A stretch of DNA of 64,000 nucleotides, from contig NC_135670.1 of NCBI RefSeq assembly GCF_964188315.1, forward strand, positions 868,001-932,000. Reading direction: 5' to 3'. The notes below the pieces were generated by a model. The model made no database searches. It saw only the letters and a program-made list of their open reading frames with translations, and was not told where the DNA came from. Below are positions 42,377 to 55,062 of the stretch, one piece after another; within the stretch, counting starts at the first letter, position 1, and every line of letters begins with the position of its first letter. This DNA comes from Podarcis muralis. Taxonomy: Eukaryota. The translations under genes were made by a program, and so were the position numbers.

Positions 42377-45300
42377 ATGGGTGGCAGAAGATTCAAGTTT
42401 TTACTTCGCTTTGGAATAGTCATCAACCTTCTCTTTGGTAAGTTGTCCAATTGCCATAGAAGGTCTGTCGCTCAGGTCTGATGGCATTGCCAAGGAGGGT
42501 TGATAGGGCCCACCCCTATCAAAGCCTGCAGAAGTTCTGCCAGTCTGTACACAAAACAAAGCTAAATATACCACATCAAGGGAAGTCATGTTGTTGTTGT
42601 TGTTTAGTCGTTTAGTCGTGTCCGACTCTTCGTGACCCCCTGGACCAGAGCACGCCAGGCCCTCCTGTCTTCCACTGCCTCCCGCAGTTTGGTCAGACTC
42701 ATGTTTGTAGCTTTGAGAACACTGTCCCACCATCTCGTCCTCTGCCGTCCCCTTCTCCTTGTGCCCTCCATCTTTCCCAACATCAGGGTCTTTTCCAGGG
42801 AGTCTTCTCTTCTCCTGAGGTGGCCAAAGTCTTGGAGCCTCAGCTTCAGGATCTGTCCTTCCAGTGAGCACTCAGGGCTGATTTCCTTCAGAATGGATGC
42901 GTTTGATCTTCTTGCAGTCCATGGGACTCTCAAGAGTCTCCTCCAGCACCAGAATTCCAAAGCATCCATTCTTCGGTGATCCAGTGGGTAGGGTAGGATA
43001 TAATTTTGATAGTTATGTTTAAGAGTGACGCTTATGATGCAATTTGTGCATTATACAGTAAGTCTAATGAATTTAAGGAAAATTCAGTCTTTATAATGGT
43101 GATAGGCAGTGCTGTATTTCTAGGAAAAGGTGCCAAAACACTTCTCTCGTTCTCTTAGAATGGCAATGGCACCCACCTGAGAGATAAACAACCCACAAGT
43201 TTCGAGGTTTCCACATTTAAACCCATTAGTGAATATTCCTGGGTTATCTTCCAGAAGTCTGAGGTTTAAGGATTTCCAGCCGAGGAGCATGTCCCTCTAC
43301 CAGTGGGGGGAGGAAAATTGCTGCCGCACCTGCCACCCACTGGGTGTGTGTGTGTGTGTGTTGTATTGTGTGCTGAGATTCCTCCTGTCTGGTTGATGGA
43401 GCTCCTTTGTAGCACCATGTCCAGGACGCCAGTTGTGCCTGGGTTTAGGTGGGCTCAATTCTGTTTTAGGAGCTGGTGCCAGGCCCAGCACACTAGATCC
43501 TCTGAAGTCTCATCCAAGGATCCTCACCATCAACTTAATTAATTTATATCTGCATATCCATTCATTATCTAAATATTTTGTCCCTCTAAATTATCCATAA
43601 TTTTTGTTACTTTACAAGTGTGGTTAAAATCCTGCTAATGTTTTCGTCTGGCTACAATGGTCTCGTAGATATATTATAATTTTCCCCCATTCTTTTTTTA
43701 AAGTTCTTGTTCTTTTGGTTTCTGAGCTTCCCAGTTAATTTTGCCATTTCAGCATAGTCCATCAACTTGGTTTGCCATTCTTCCCTGTATACATTGTTTC
43801 TTCCTTCCATCTCTGGGCTAGTAAAGTCCGTGCGGCTGTTGTTACATACATAAAAAGCCTTTTCTGGTCCTTTGTGATCTCAGTACATGTAATTCCTCGG
43901 TACATGTAATTAATTTCTTACTTAATTTTCCCTCCCCAAAAAACACCTAGGCTTTGTAAGCAATCGGGTACCAAAGACTCCTACGATTCAGCTGAACAGG
44001 ATCCTGGAAGAATCTGCCTTGCTTTCTGTACATATAACCTCGAACAATACTGTGTCCATCGTTAAATGGATATTCCACCCTCGACAAGGCGAGGCAAACG
44101 ACCTTGGGCGATTCAGCAATGGCACATGGGAGCGTTGGAATAAGAGTGACAGTTTGGGGCAGCGTCTGGAAATGGTTGATGGCACCACGCTGAAGATAAG
44201 CAATTTGGTGGTGAAGGACAGTGGGAACTACACGGCTTATGTGACGTTTTCCACAGGAGTGACAGAATCACACACATTCAGCCTCACTGTCTATGGTATG
44301 TACTTGTTTCACCATCCCACACTGTAAGGATGTGGGAGAAATTCAATCCAGTTCACTTTCACCTGCCTTTCACCTGCCCAGACAATGAGGTCCAGTGCCG
44401 AGGGCCTTCTGGTAGTTCCCTCCCTGCGAGGTTACAGGGAACCAGGCAGAGGGCCTTCTTGGTGGTGGCACCTTCCCTGTGGAACGCCCTCCCATCAGAT
44501 GTCAAAGGGATAAAGAACTACACAACTTTTAGGAGACATCTGAAAGCTGCCTTGTATTGGGAAGATTTTAATGTTTGGTGTTTTACTGTGTTTTTATATT
44601 CTGTTGGAAGCCTCCCAGAGTGGCTGGGGTAACGCAGTCAGGCATACAAAGAATAAAATATTTTTAAAAATTCATTTCTAACAGAGCCAGTGCGGGAGCC
44701 GCAGGTCACCCATAAACTGATCTCCAACGCGCCTGATGGCTGCAATGTATCCCTGCGGTGCCAGGCATCAGGAAAGGGAGACTTCCGTGTCTCCTGGAAA
44801 AGAGGGAATCCCCTCAGAGCCCTAGGCGAGAGCCCAAACTGGCACCAACTCTGTGACAGTGGGGAAGATCTCCATCTGTTCTGGCATCGCAACGCCTCAG
44901 ATGCCAACATCACCTGCCTGGTGAGCAATCCGGCTGATCAGAAGAACATTTCCATCAACCTCCTCAGCCTCTGCCCAGCTGAAGGTAAGGAACCCCTGGC
45001 CCATTTCCCCATTAGCCTTCCTTTATTTAATGGATTTGTATCCTGCCTTTCTCCAAGTTTGTTTTATTTGTCAAAATATTTGTATACTGCTGGCCGCAAA
45101 AAAGATATCAAAGCGATTTACAGCAACAAAACCATAAAACCGTATAAGAAAAGTTAAAAAGAGACATCAGTTAACTGTCTGGATTAATTAATTAGCTCTG
45201 GAGCCCACTGAAGATTCCCAGACTCCTCCCTCTATTGTGTGGGCAGGTATTCCCTCTCCCTACCTGGCCTGGTCACCTTGGCAACGCCTCCCTAGGCTGG

Positions 45301-48300
45301 ATTGGGCAACTGGCTGAGGTAGGCAGAGACCTCCAGGTATCTCACCTGGGGAAGGCGAAGCCAAGCCTGTGCTAATGGAGCCTCACTGGGTCCAGGGGCT
45401 GCGTGTGACCCCACAAAGGGCGCCCCCCCGTTTAATGTGGGGAGCGGTCATTGTGAGAGGATCAAAATGATTGTAAAATCAGTGGAGTGTATAAATCTGA
45501 AAAGGATAAATAACATTTTTTTGACAAAAAAGACCCGAGCAATTAAAACTGCAGTTTCCCCTGATATCAGCCCAGCAGTCAAGCAGTGCCTGCGTTTTAG
45601 TTTCCAAAGGCCTGTTTGAACGGGAAGGTCTTAGTCTGCCGGCAGACTAAGGAGACCAGAGAGGGAGCCAGTCAAACCTCTTCCCAGGTCACCACCAGCT
45701 CTGATTGTGATGGCCTGGGATTCGGACTCGGAGGCTGAACCTGAAGGATTCCCCACCTCCAGAACCAGCTGAGCCGGGGGATGAGCCTGAAGGGTCCTCA
45801 CCTGTGCCGGATCCTCAGGTGCAGGCACCAGCTGAGCCTGCTCTGGCTCCTGAGGTGATGGAAGACCCATTGCCTGCAGGTGCTCCACTCCCAGCCCCGT
45901 CAGGGGAAGCTGAGGTTGCCTCTGGGTCCGGTCACCCTCCAGCCTCTCTTGAGCTGCAGAGGCTCAGGGCAGAGAGGCGAAGGGAACTAAGTTCCCTCAG
46001 GAGGAGTGCTCGCCTTAGGTGAGTCACCTGAGGATTGGGGCCGCCCTATGCCTCGGGGCAGATAAAAACCACTCAGCCCCAGTCCCAGCTTGCGGGAGCA
46101 ACTTTGTAGGTTGCTCGTTCCTGCCTGAACCCAGCCCTGCGTTCCTGCCCTCACCTGACTCTCTGCCCTGCACCCAGCTCCAGCTTTTACAGACTGCCTC
46201 CAAATTGCACCTTCGACCTTGGCCTGGACTCGGACCTCGCCTCTTGGTTGCCCCACCGGACCAGCACACTGATGGTGTTGGGACCGAGAGGAGGTGCTCA
46301 TCTGAGGGACTTGGCACCCGGCCAGCTCCGTAAAGGGAGATACAATATTTTGGGTAACCTGGATCTAAGCCACGTAGGTCTTTAGAAGTCAAAACCAGCA
46401 TTCTTCTTCTCTTTCTCACAGGGAGGGACGAAGCAAGCACCATGGGGGCACGTGTTGGCGGGTGTGTGGTGAACACACAGGGTCCCCGGACGTTTCACTG
46501 TCTACTGATTCCTGTGCCACCACTTTATTTCTCGCTGCCCCCACCCAGGCCCTACCTGGGACAATACTGAATCCAGTCAGAGTTAAATTGGAACGTAAAC
46601 TTTTGTTTATTTACAGTGGTACCTCGGGTTAAGTACTTAATTCGTTCCAGAGGTCTGTTCTTAACCTGAAACTGTTCTTAACCTGAAGCACCACTTTAGC
46701 TAGTGGGGCCCAATTAGCTAATTGGTGGTGTCACCCTCCCTGTGGAACGCCCTCCCATCAGATGTCAAAGGGATAAAGAACTACCAGACTTTTAGAAGAC
46801 ATCTGAAGGCAGCCCTGTTCAGGGAAGCTTTTAATGTATTTTAATATTTTGTTGGAAGCCACCCAGAGTGTCTGGGGAAACCCAGCCAGATGGGCGGGGT
46901 TATGTATGTATGTATACATAAATAATAAAAAAATATTAACAATAAAATAATAATAAGAAGAAGAATAAGTTCTGGAAAGCCCTGGTGCAAAAACAGCATA
47001 AGTTTTTCATTCATTTAAGGAGGGTAACCAAGATGACCAAGGGTCTGAAAACCAAGCCTTATGAGGAAGGTTGAGGGAGTTGGGGATGTTTCGCCTGGAG
47101 AAGAGCGGAGGGACGGGTGATATGAGACCCACCTTGGCGATTTGATGGCAATTTGGATGGATTCTTGAGCTGGGATTCCTGCATTGCTGGGGGCTGGACT
47201 AGATGAGCCCTGGGGCTCCCTTCCAGTTCTGCAATTCTATCATGTCACCTCCTCTGCAAGTGTATTAAATAAGTTGAAATGAAATGATGCTTATCCCTTA
47301 AAGCACTGTGCAGTGCTACCTCTGGATGCGAGTAGACCGTAATATGTGACTGCGCGTGTCGCGTTTTGCCGCTTCTGCGCATGTGCGTGACGTCATTTTG
47401 AGTGCGCATGCGCGAGCGGCAAAACCCGAAAGTAATGTGCTCCGTTACTTCCAGGTCGCCGCGGAGCGTAACTTGAAAACACTCAACCTGAAGCATATTT
47501 CATAGAATCCTTGAGTTGGAAGAGACCACAAGGGCCATCGAGTCCAACCCCCTGCCAAGCAGGGGGTTTTAACCCGAGATATGACTGTATTCAGTTTGAG
47601 TAATGAGCCGTTAAGTTGGTTCCCTGAAAACTGGACTTTGGCTTCCTGTATTCCAAAACTGCAAAATTGGGATGGAGTGTTCGGCAGTCCAGGCAGCTGT
47701 GTGGTATATACTGCATTTGCTCAGCTAGAAAAGCAAATTAAGGTTTTGTGACAGCCCAGCTCTCATTCTGCCTGGAGAAAAGCTGAAATCAGTTCACTAT
47801 CTTTTCTGATGCCCTCCGTTGTTGTTGCTGTCGCCCTCAAGGGACAATTTTTGCTTATTATTGCAGGTGCAAATCAGAATAATTTTTGGATTATTTTGGG
47901 GAGTATTTTTGGGCTCGTTGTTGCTCCCGTTGCTCTCGTTGCTCTCGGACTCCTCATCTATTGGAAGTGGGAAGCATTAACATCCAGATTTCAAACGGTA
48001 GGAATGTGTGTGTGTTATTCTTCTGCCCCTCTCATCTGAGTTTGGGTTGCCACTTATTGTTTTCCCTTCCTCTTTGTTTATCCTGAGCGGCAGAATCTGG
48101 GCAGTTCCTCCAAATGATGTGTTTCATTTTACGTGCCACAGTTTTTACATCCGCAAGGCCAAAGGCACAGTTGGGTGCCAACTGTAATGCTTCCTCTAGT
48201 GCTTTCTCTCAAGTATTTCCGAATAAGGTTGGAACTCCACGAAGATTGGAATCCTCTTTACAAAACTGCTTTTAAAAAGAAGGGTGTGTGTGAAGGAGGC

Positions 48301-48855
48301 ATGTTCTTTGTTCTGCCTGCCAAAATGGGAGGCTTTTGGCTGATAAACAACCCACAAGTTTCGAGGTTTCCACATTTAAACCCATTAGTGAATATTCCTG
48401 GGTTATTTTCAGGAAGTCTGGAAGTCAGGAGCATGTCCCTCTATCAGTGGGGGGAGGAAAAGTGCTGCCGCACCTGCCACCCACTGGGTGTGTGTGTGTG
48501 TGTTGTATTGTGTGCTGAGATTCCTCCTGTCTGGTTGATGGAGCTCCTTTGTAGCACCATGCCCAGGACGCCAGTTGTGTCTGGGTTTAGGTGGGCTCAA
48601 TTCTGTTTTAGGAGCTGGTGCCAGGCCCAGCAAACTAGATCCTCTTAAGTCTCACCTAAGGATCCTCACCATTAACTTAATCAACAGCCCTGTTTCTTCC
48701 TTTGCCTGCAGGTTTTCTGCCGCAAGAATTCCACATCCAACACAACTGAATTGCAGGAAGTGGTAACTTCGCCAAGTGCCTCTCAAAATGGCTATTTAGC
48801 ATGTCCACCTTCGGAGCCAGACGAAACCAGTGACTCCACCCCACAGACCACGTGA
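42377..48855 (+). CDS. CD2/SLAM-family receptor A (signal, V-Ig, C2-Ig, TM, tail). Exons 42377-42437, 43951-44295, 44685-44984, 47867-47997, 48712-48855.
   Basis: Phases 1-1-1-0 give 981 nt (326 aa). Disulfide-less V domain (TLKISNLVVKDSGNYTAYVT); C2 domain CNVSLRC...ITCLVSNP...SLC; TM FWIILGSIFGLVVAPVALVALGLLIYW. The exact SLAMF ortholog cannot be assigned. Confidence 0.85.
42590..42978 (-). mobile_element. RTE-BovB LINE 3' end
   Basis: FWCWRRLLRVPWTARRSNASILKEISPECSLEGQILKLRL...GVTKSRTRLND followed by a (CAA)n tail. Confidence 0.93.
43545..43935 (-). mobile_element. L1 LINE 3' fragment
   Basis: Reverse strand resembles the L1 ORF2 C-termini at 10170-10745 and 63540-64000. Confidence 0.7.
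44385..44660 (+). mobile_element. L2-clade LINE 3' end between the Ig exons
   Basis: [36 protein letters not shown]. Confidence 0.85.
45706..46268 (+). mobile_element. Solo LTR, probably Gypsy, inserted in an older L2-like fragment
   Basis: TGTGA...GCACA termini; 5-bp TSD CTGAT at 45701-45705 and 46269-46273. Confidence 0.8.
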
Positions 48856-50209
48856 AAACTCCTGAGGGGTCTTGGCAGACCTCTTTCTGATTTTTGCAGA
48901 GTACCATGCCACGGACTGTTTTTAATTCGATTTTTACTACTTCCCTTATTTCTTATATTGCACTTTGTTGCATTACAATTTGCACTGGATATAATTTAAA
49001 TTGCAATGCAGTACAATGCAATACAAGGAAGTTCAATGTGAATATTTAATGTGATGGACGGTGCCATCTCCTGCCTTCAAGCACAAATTCGCAGACAACC
49101 CACAGGGCTCCTGTCTGCTCAAAAGATTTCAAAATACTCTTCTTGGAGGTTCTGTTAATTGGGACTGTGTGAATCATATCAGTTCATTTTTGGGATTGCT
49201 TCCTTTCTCCTTTTTATAAGCTCACATTTGGTTCATCACATTTTCACATTGATTTGCTGGGGAAGCCCTAGACTATGTCCAAGCACTGATTGTGGCTTGG
49301 GGGACCATCCAGTCATATGGAAGGCTTCCTGATCTGCTTGCGGTTCTCCTAGAAGCATTTCAGCAGCTGTCACGCAGAGTACACTGTGGGACGCAATGGA
49401 CCTCCTGCCTGATGTCCTGTGCAATAAGCTGCGATCAAATGCCATTTTCTTCTCTGACATTTGAATGTGTTTTTATTTTTAACTATAGCGCTTTTATCAC
49501 TATAGCATTCTTGGTCTTCCTGTAGGACTTCCAGTGGGTGGGGTAGGATATAATTTTGACGCTTATGGTGCAATGAATTTAAGGAAAACTCAACCTTTGT
49601 AATCATGATTGGCAGAGCTGTGTTTCTAGGAAAAGGTGCCGGAACACCTCTCTCGTTCTCTTAGAATGGCAATGGCACCCACCTGAGACGTGTCAGAAAT
49701 GAGTTCTGGCAAGTTCTAGCTGAAAAAATATCCCATATTTATTAAAGTAATATACAAAGTTAATATACAGCATTATTTATTAAAGCATTATATTATAGTA
49801 TTTGCACATTTTATACTGAGCTCTATTTTTTTATCTTGGTGGTATAACTCTAGACTTGAAGTGCCTGCCCGTGCAGCAATTTCAGTGAGATCTTTGGATT
49901 TAAAATAGGACAAATTTCTGACAGGCCTTTTAAAGAAAAAGCTTTGAAGTTCAAATAGTGTGTAGTTTTCAATGTCTTTTATTCCTGTTTATGGGCTGCA
50001 CAGCTTTGAATTGTTTTAAAATGTCTCTTCTGGGGAAAAATAATAATTTGCACTGCTTTAAAATCTGGTCCAAGTCATTTACAAATTAGCCTCTATGCAG
50101 GTGATGTAGATCTAATATTGGAAGAGCCAGGAATATTAGTACCACCACTGAAAATCTTGGGGGCATTTAGAACAGGTTTCTGGATGTAAAATTAATCAGA
50201 ATGGCTATA

Positions 50210-50450
50210 CACTGGTACCTTGGTTTAAGAACAGCTTAGTTTATGAACGGCTTGCATTAAGAACGCTCGAAACCCGGAAAAAGGTGTTTTGGTTTGTGAA
50301 CTTTGCCTTGGAAGCAGAACATGTTCTGCTTCCTGTTGAGTGTAAATTGAGTCCCCCGTTGCTATGGGAAAGCACCCCTTGGTTTAAGAACGCTTTGGTT
50401 TAAGAATGGACTTCTGAAACGGATTAAGTTCGCAAACCAAGGTACCACTG
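50210..50450. mobile_element. Tc1/mariner-pogo MITE
   Basis: CACTGGTACCTTGGTTT...AAACCAAGGTACCACTG inverted termini. Confidence 0.75.
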
Positions 50451-51046
50451 TGCTGTATACAACAAATGTGGCATCTCCAAGGAAACGCCCATTAAAAAAT
50501 TAGGTATATGGGTAATTGAGTCCTCTGGACGACGTAACATCTTGTAATCTACCCTGAGAGGTTAAAATGGATATGAAGAAGTCTTAAAACATTTCAGTAA
50601 CTGAAAGGAACTTGCTTCCATGCACTTTGTATTACTTTTTAGATTATACCATTGGAAGTGAATAACTCCTTGCTTACCTCTGCTATGCGTCCAGTAGCCT
50701 AGAAAAACAATTTAGCCTTAAAAACCAGGACAACCTTTTCTGGAACACCTTGGCAGCTGCAAAACGTTGGTTGATCCTACCAGCACTCCTGACCAATCTT
50801 ACAGGGATGGAATTGTTTAACGCTACATAAACTGGTGAAAAATTGTAATTGTATTCAGGTTACTGTGAAAAAGGGCTGTATTTTAAACACTGATCATAGG
50901 ATTTGGTAAGGTCTAGTGTTTTACCATTGCAAAGGTAGGGGGTGAGTTAACCCCAAGGGCTTGGTCTTGAGCTCCTGGATAGAGTTTGAAAGTGTTTGCA
51001 CACGGTTTCAACCGGCTTGCTAAACCCTCTGTGATTTAGGCCTTGC

Positions 51047-51215
51047 CAGTGGCGTAGCGTGGGGGGTGCAGGGGGGGCTGGCTGCACTGGGCGCAACATC
51101 TGGGGGTTAGGGTTAGGGGGCGCAAATCCACAGGTTAGGGGGCGCAAATCCACGGGTTAGGGGGCGCAAATTACTTGCCTTGCCCCGGGTGCTGACAACC
51201 CACGCTACGCCACTG
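51047..51215. mobile_element. hAT MITE with internal GGTTAGGG tandem repeats
   Basis: TIR CAGTGGCGTAGCGTGGG; TSD GGCCTTGC / GGTCTTGC (7 of 8 match); three 23-bp repeats. Confidence 0.8.
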
Positions 51216-53045
51216 GGTCTTGCCCTGCATGCAAAGACAGGCTCTGGCGAACTGAGCGGGCCAGACCAAGGGTGGCTCCAGCAGTCGAGAAGGCGGTTTC
51301 CACACATGCTGTAGAGGGAAGTTGAAAGGCTCCTTTGCCTCTGTGATATTGATTGGCTACTTCCTCTAATGTTGTATCGACTGAATGTTATCCTTTGTGA
51401 ATCCACTGTACATTTCCTGCTTAAGAACTGTGAAATAATGCGTGCTAGCAATATTTTGTTAGGCAAAAAGCTGCTAATAATGTTCTAATTGTTTAGAGTG
51501 AAGGGAGCCAATCTTAATGGAAGGAAAACACTGGTGCTCAATCTCCGCTGTATTACTCAGGAGTAAACCCTGCACAAAATGGCTCAGGAATAAACCCTGC
51601 ACAAATCCAGAGTGGAGTCCCTAAGGCAGTTGGAGGGTGCCTTGTACGTCCCCTTCCTCAAACTCCTGCAGCCAAGCTGGTGCTCTGCTTTTCTTTGGGG
51701 TCTTCTCTTCTGGGAAGCCCTGGACCTCCAAGCGCATTGTCCAGGCTTCTGCCCCAGGGAGACAGCTTTGGTGCTACTCGAGACAGATGGATGCCAACTG
51801 AGGATGCCAATAGCAATAAAATATGCCAGTGAAGTATCTTTTAGAGTCTTAAGAGACGAAGAATGCACATATACACCTCGTCTCTTTGTCTTAGTGTTAG
51901 CTCCTTGGAGCCAACCAGCTTGAAGCAAGCTGTGAAAATGGAGATAGAAGGAAGTCTACGTTTTCTTTTCCTTCTCTCTCTCTCTCTCTTGTTTATGTAT
52001 CTGTTCTTTCCAATTCCTTTTTCTACCTTGTAGTTTTGTAAGCTTTTTTAATGTATATTTTTGTGTTTTTAATTTCATAATTCATTTAAATGTATTTGTA
52101 TGCATGTAGAAATTAAAATAAAATAAAGGACAAAAAGGGAGGTAGAATTACCAGCTGTGCCTTACACGACGACCAGCAATGTATGAACAAATTTATGTAG
52201 CTGACACCCTGTATCTTTTGTTGGTTTTGTAATGTTTGAAACTCAAGTCCTTTTAAGTAAAGCTTTGAAAACCATATTTGGGATCAAAGAGTTTTATTTC
52301 CACACAAAAGTCAGCAGAGATTAAAAAAACAAACAAACTCCATTTGCTTCAACACTCTCAATACATTTGCCATGTTGGCAGCTGGAAGAAGGAGTCCAGC
52401 AGCATCGGAAGGAGGGCATATTCCCCAAAGGTTTGGAGCCTGGAGCGCCATGGAATGAGGTTTGGCCACAGAGTGGCCCCTAAGTCTCAGGTTGCCTGCC
52501 TGTGCCACCCGGGGCCATCCCTGCCTTTGGCTACAGAGAACGGTGCCTAGTTAGTGGCCTTAGTTTGCAGATCGGGGCCAGAGAACAGGGCGTTTGTGGC
52601 CCCCAAGTCCTCTCCATCACCCTACTGAGCTTGGGGGTGTTGTGGGACTCTCCACACCAGCCACCGTCCCTGACCATGTGCCACGCTGGCTGCTGGGGAC
52701 AGTGGCTGTTGGGAGTCCGGGAACACCCAGAGGGCAGCATGTTGCACAACACACCAGTCAAAACCAAATAAAAAACATTCCTTCCAGTAGCACCTTAAAG
52801 GGACCTCCCCAGAGTCGGCCATGCGTCCCTTAGTAGCACCTTAGAGACCAGCTAAGTTTGTTCTTGGTATGAGCTTTCGTGTGCATGCACAGATACACTG
52901 AAGCAGAAGTCACCAGACCCTTATATATAGTGAGAGGGCGGGGAGGGTTCACCCATTCCCACCACCCTTCTGAGTAATACCCTTCCCTGGTCCCTGAGTC
53001 AAGTCAAATACACCCCTTTGTTTTGTCTAGGCTTTATCCCACTAT

Positions 53046-53397
53046 GGGACGCGGGTGGCGCTGTGGGTTAAACCACAGAGCCTAGGGCTTGCTGATCAGA
53101 TGGTTGACAGTTCGAATCCCCACGACAGGGTGAGCTCCCGTTGCTCGATTCCTGCTCCTGCCAACCTAGCAGTTCGAAAGCACCTCAAAGTGCAAGTAGA
53201 TAAATAGGTACCGCTCTGGCAGGAAGGTAAATGGCGTTTCCGTGCGCTGCTCTGGTTCACCAGAAGCGGCTTAGTCATGCTGGCCACATGACCCGGAAGT
53301 TGGACGCCGGCTCCCTCGGCCAATAAAGCGAGATGAGCTCTGCAACCCCAGAATTGGTCACAACTGGACCTAACGGTTAGGGGTCCCTTTACCTTTA
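53046..53397 (+). mobile_element. Sauria SINE
   Basis: Full head GGGACGCGGGTGGCGCTGTGGG through the ACCTTT tail. Confidence 0.92.
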
Positions 53398-53726
53398 CCA
53401 TCCCATTATGGGGCAGGTAAGCATTGTGATTGAGATGGTTATCTGTCTAACACTCTTGGAGCAGGATATCACTAGTTATGACTTCAGTGATTATGGTGGG
53501 CTCTCACCCACTTCCCTGGGTCCTAAATGCCGTTGGAACTGAGAAGATACAACAGGTGATTTCTTATGAATGTCTAAAGTTTTCTCACTGAGCCTGTACA
53601 TAGATACATTTATCAGCAAATTGCTGCATTTGGTAATGTGCAGCGGAGGCTCTTCGTCTTTGCCTTGCGGTGTGCAGAGGGAAGGCTCGTGAGACAATAT
53701 CTCGGTAACAATGCCAAACACACACA

Positions 53727-53780
<54 letters not shown>

Positions 53781-53856
53781 TCTGCCTCACGGCACAGTTC
53801 CCTGAATCAAGAAGCATTGCAAAATAACCTTTGCAGAGAAAAAAAGAAAAGAAAAG

Positions 53857-53956
53857 AAAACAGGAAGTGGTGATGTTATCCACATCAAGACGCACAGATA
53901 ACCGCCCTTGTCTCAGGCAAGCTGCTGGTCTCTCCAGGTCCTTTGGAAGGGTAAGT
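53857..53956 (+). promoter_or_regulatory. Candidate promoter and non-coding first exon of receptor B
   Basis: PU.1/ETS-type AAAACAGGAAGTGG at 53857-53870, donor AGG|GTAAGT at 53950/53951, and a matching acceptor CCGCAG| at 56288 just before the ATG. Confidence 0.5.
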
Positions 53957-54225
53957 TCTGTTCTGGGACTGGGGAGGAGGGTCAGCTGATTCACCAAGGT
54001 CCAGTCTTTCTGAACTTGGTGCACCTTCATCACTGAACCCAGAGCAGCTGGGCTGATCCCTTGTGCTCCATCTTGACCACTGAGATCATCTGATGGGACA
54101 CGTCTGGGGGTTTCTCAGGCAGGGCTTTGCTTGGCACAGGGCCTTGTGGGTGGCAGGTCCTACTCTGGAACTCCCTGCTGGCAGAAGAGGTTCAGCAGGA
54201 ATCCTTGCTGCCTGTGAGCCAAGTA

Positions 54226-54456
54226 CTGTGGTACCTTGGGTTACAGACGCTTCAGGTTACAGATGCTTCAGGTTGCAGACTCTGCTAACCCAGAAATAGT
54301 GCTTCAGGTTAAGAACTTTGCTTCAGGATGAGAACAGAAATTGTGCAACGGCAGCAGGAGGCCCCATTAGATAAAGTGGTGCTTCAGGTTAAGAACAGTT
54401 TCAGGTTAAGAACGGACCTCCGGAATGAATTAAGTTCTTAACCCGAGGTATCACTG
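54226..54456 (-). mobile_element. Tc1/mariner-pogo MITE
   Basis: Same family as 22801-23264; TA flanks. Confidence 0.85.
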
Positions 54457-55062
54457 TAGTTGCATGAAGTGGGGAAGGAGGCTAATGTGGTGGGATGGCT
54501 GGAGGTTGGTGGGCAGAGCCAGCCCCTAGGACTCACATAACTTCGCAAAGTCATCCCCCCAAATAGAATGCCTGAGTTCAAAGCCCCCACTTGGCCATCA
54601 TGAAGCTCCCTGGAGGTCATGATCTTGGGGTCCAGCCACTGCCTCTCAGCCTAACCTACCTCACAGGGTTGATGTGGGGTTTAAATGAGGAGGGCAAGAA
54701 CCATCTATGCCACCTTGAGCTCCTCAAGAGAACAGGTGAGATAGAAAGGCAATAAGAAAGTGAATAAGATTAAGCCCTGAGATGTGTAAGATGGCAACTC
54801 GGGAGAAGAGAGCCCCTGAGCATCTAACCCAGTGCTGCTGTTGTTTTAAATGAGCTAATAACAACAATAATAATAATTTATTATTTATACCCCGCCCATC
54901 TGGCTGGGTTTCCCCAGCCACTCTGGGCGGCTTCCAACACAATATTAAAATACAATAATACAGTAATCAAACTTCCCTAAACAACTATTGTTGCACTCAG
55001 TGCAGAAATTAGGGAAAGGCTGTATTATGGCTAGGTCCAGTGCTTTCCCCCCAAGACAAATA

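Noticed and set aside
51584-51928. Overlapping ~100-aa ORFs on both strands, including a plausible-looking minus-frame stretch (MRLEVQGFPEEKTPKK...)
   Set aside because: No homology recognised and no convincing splice chain.
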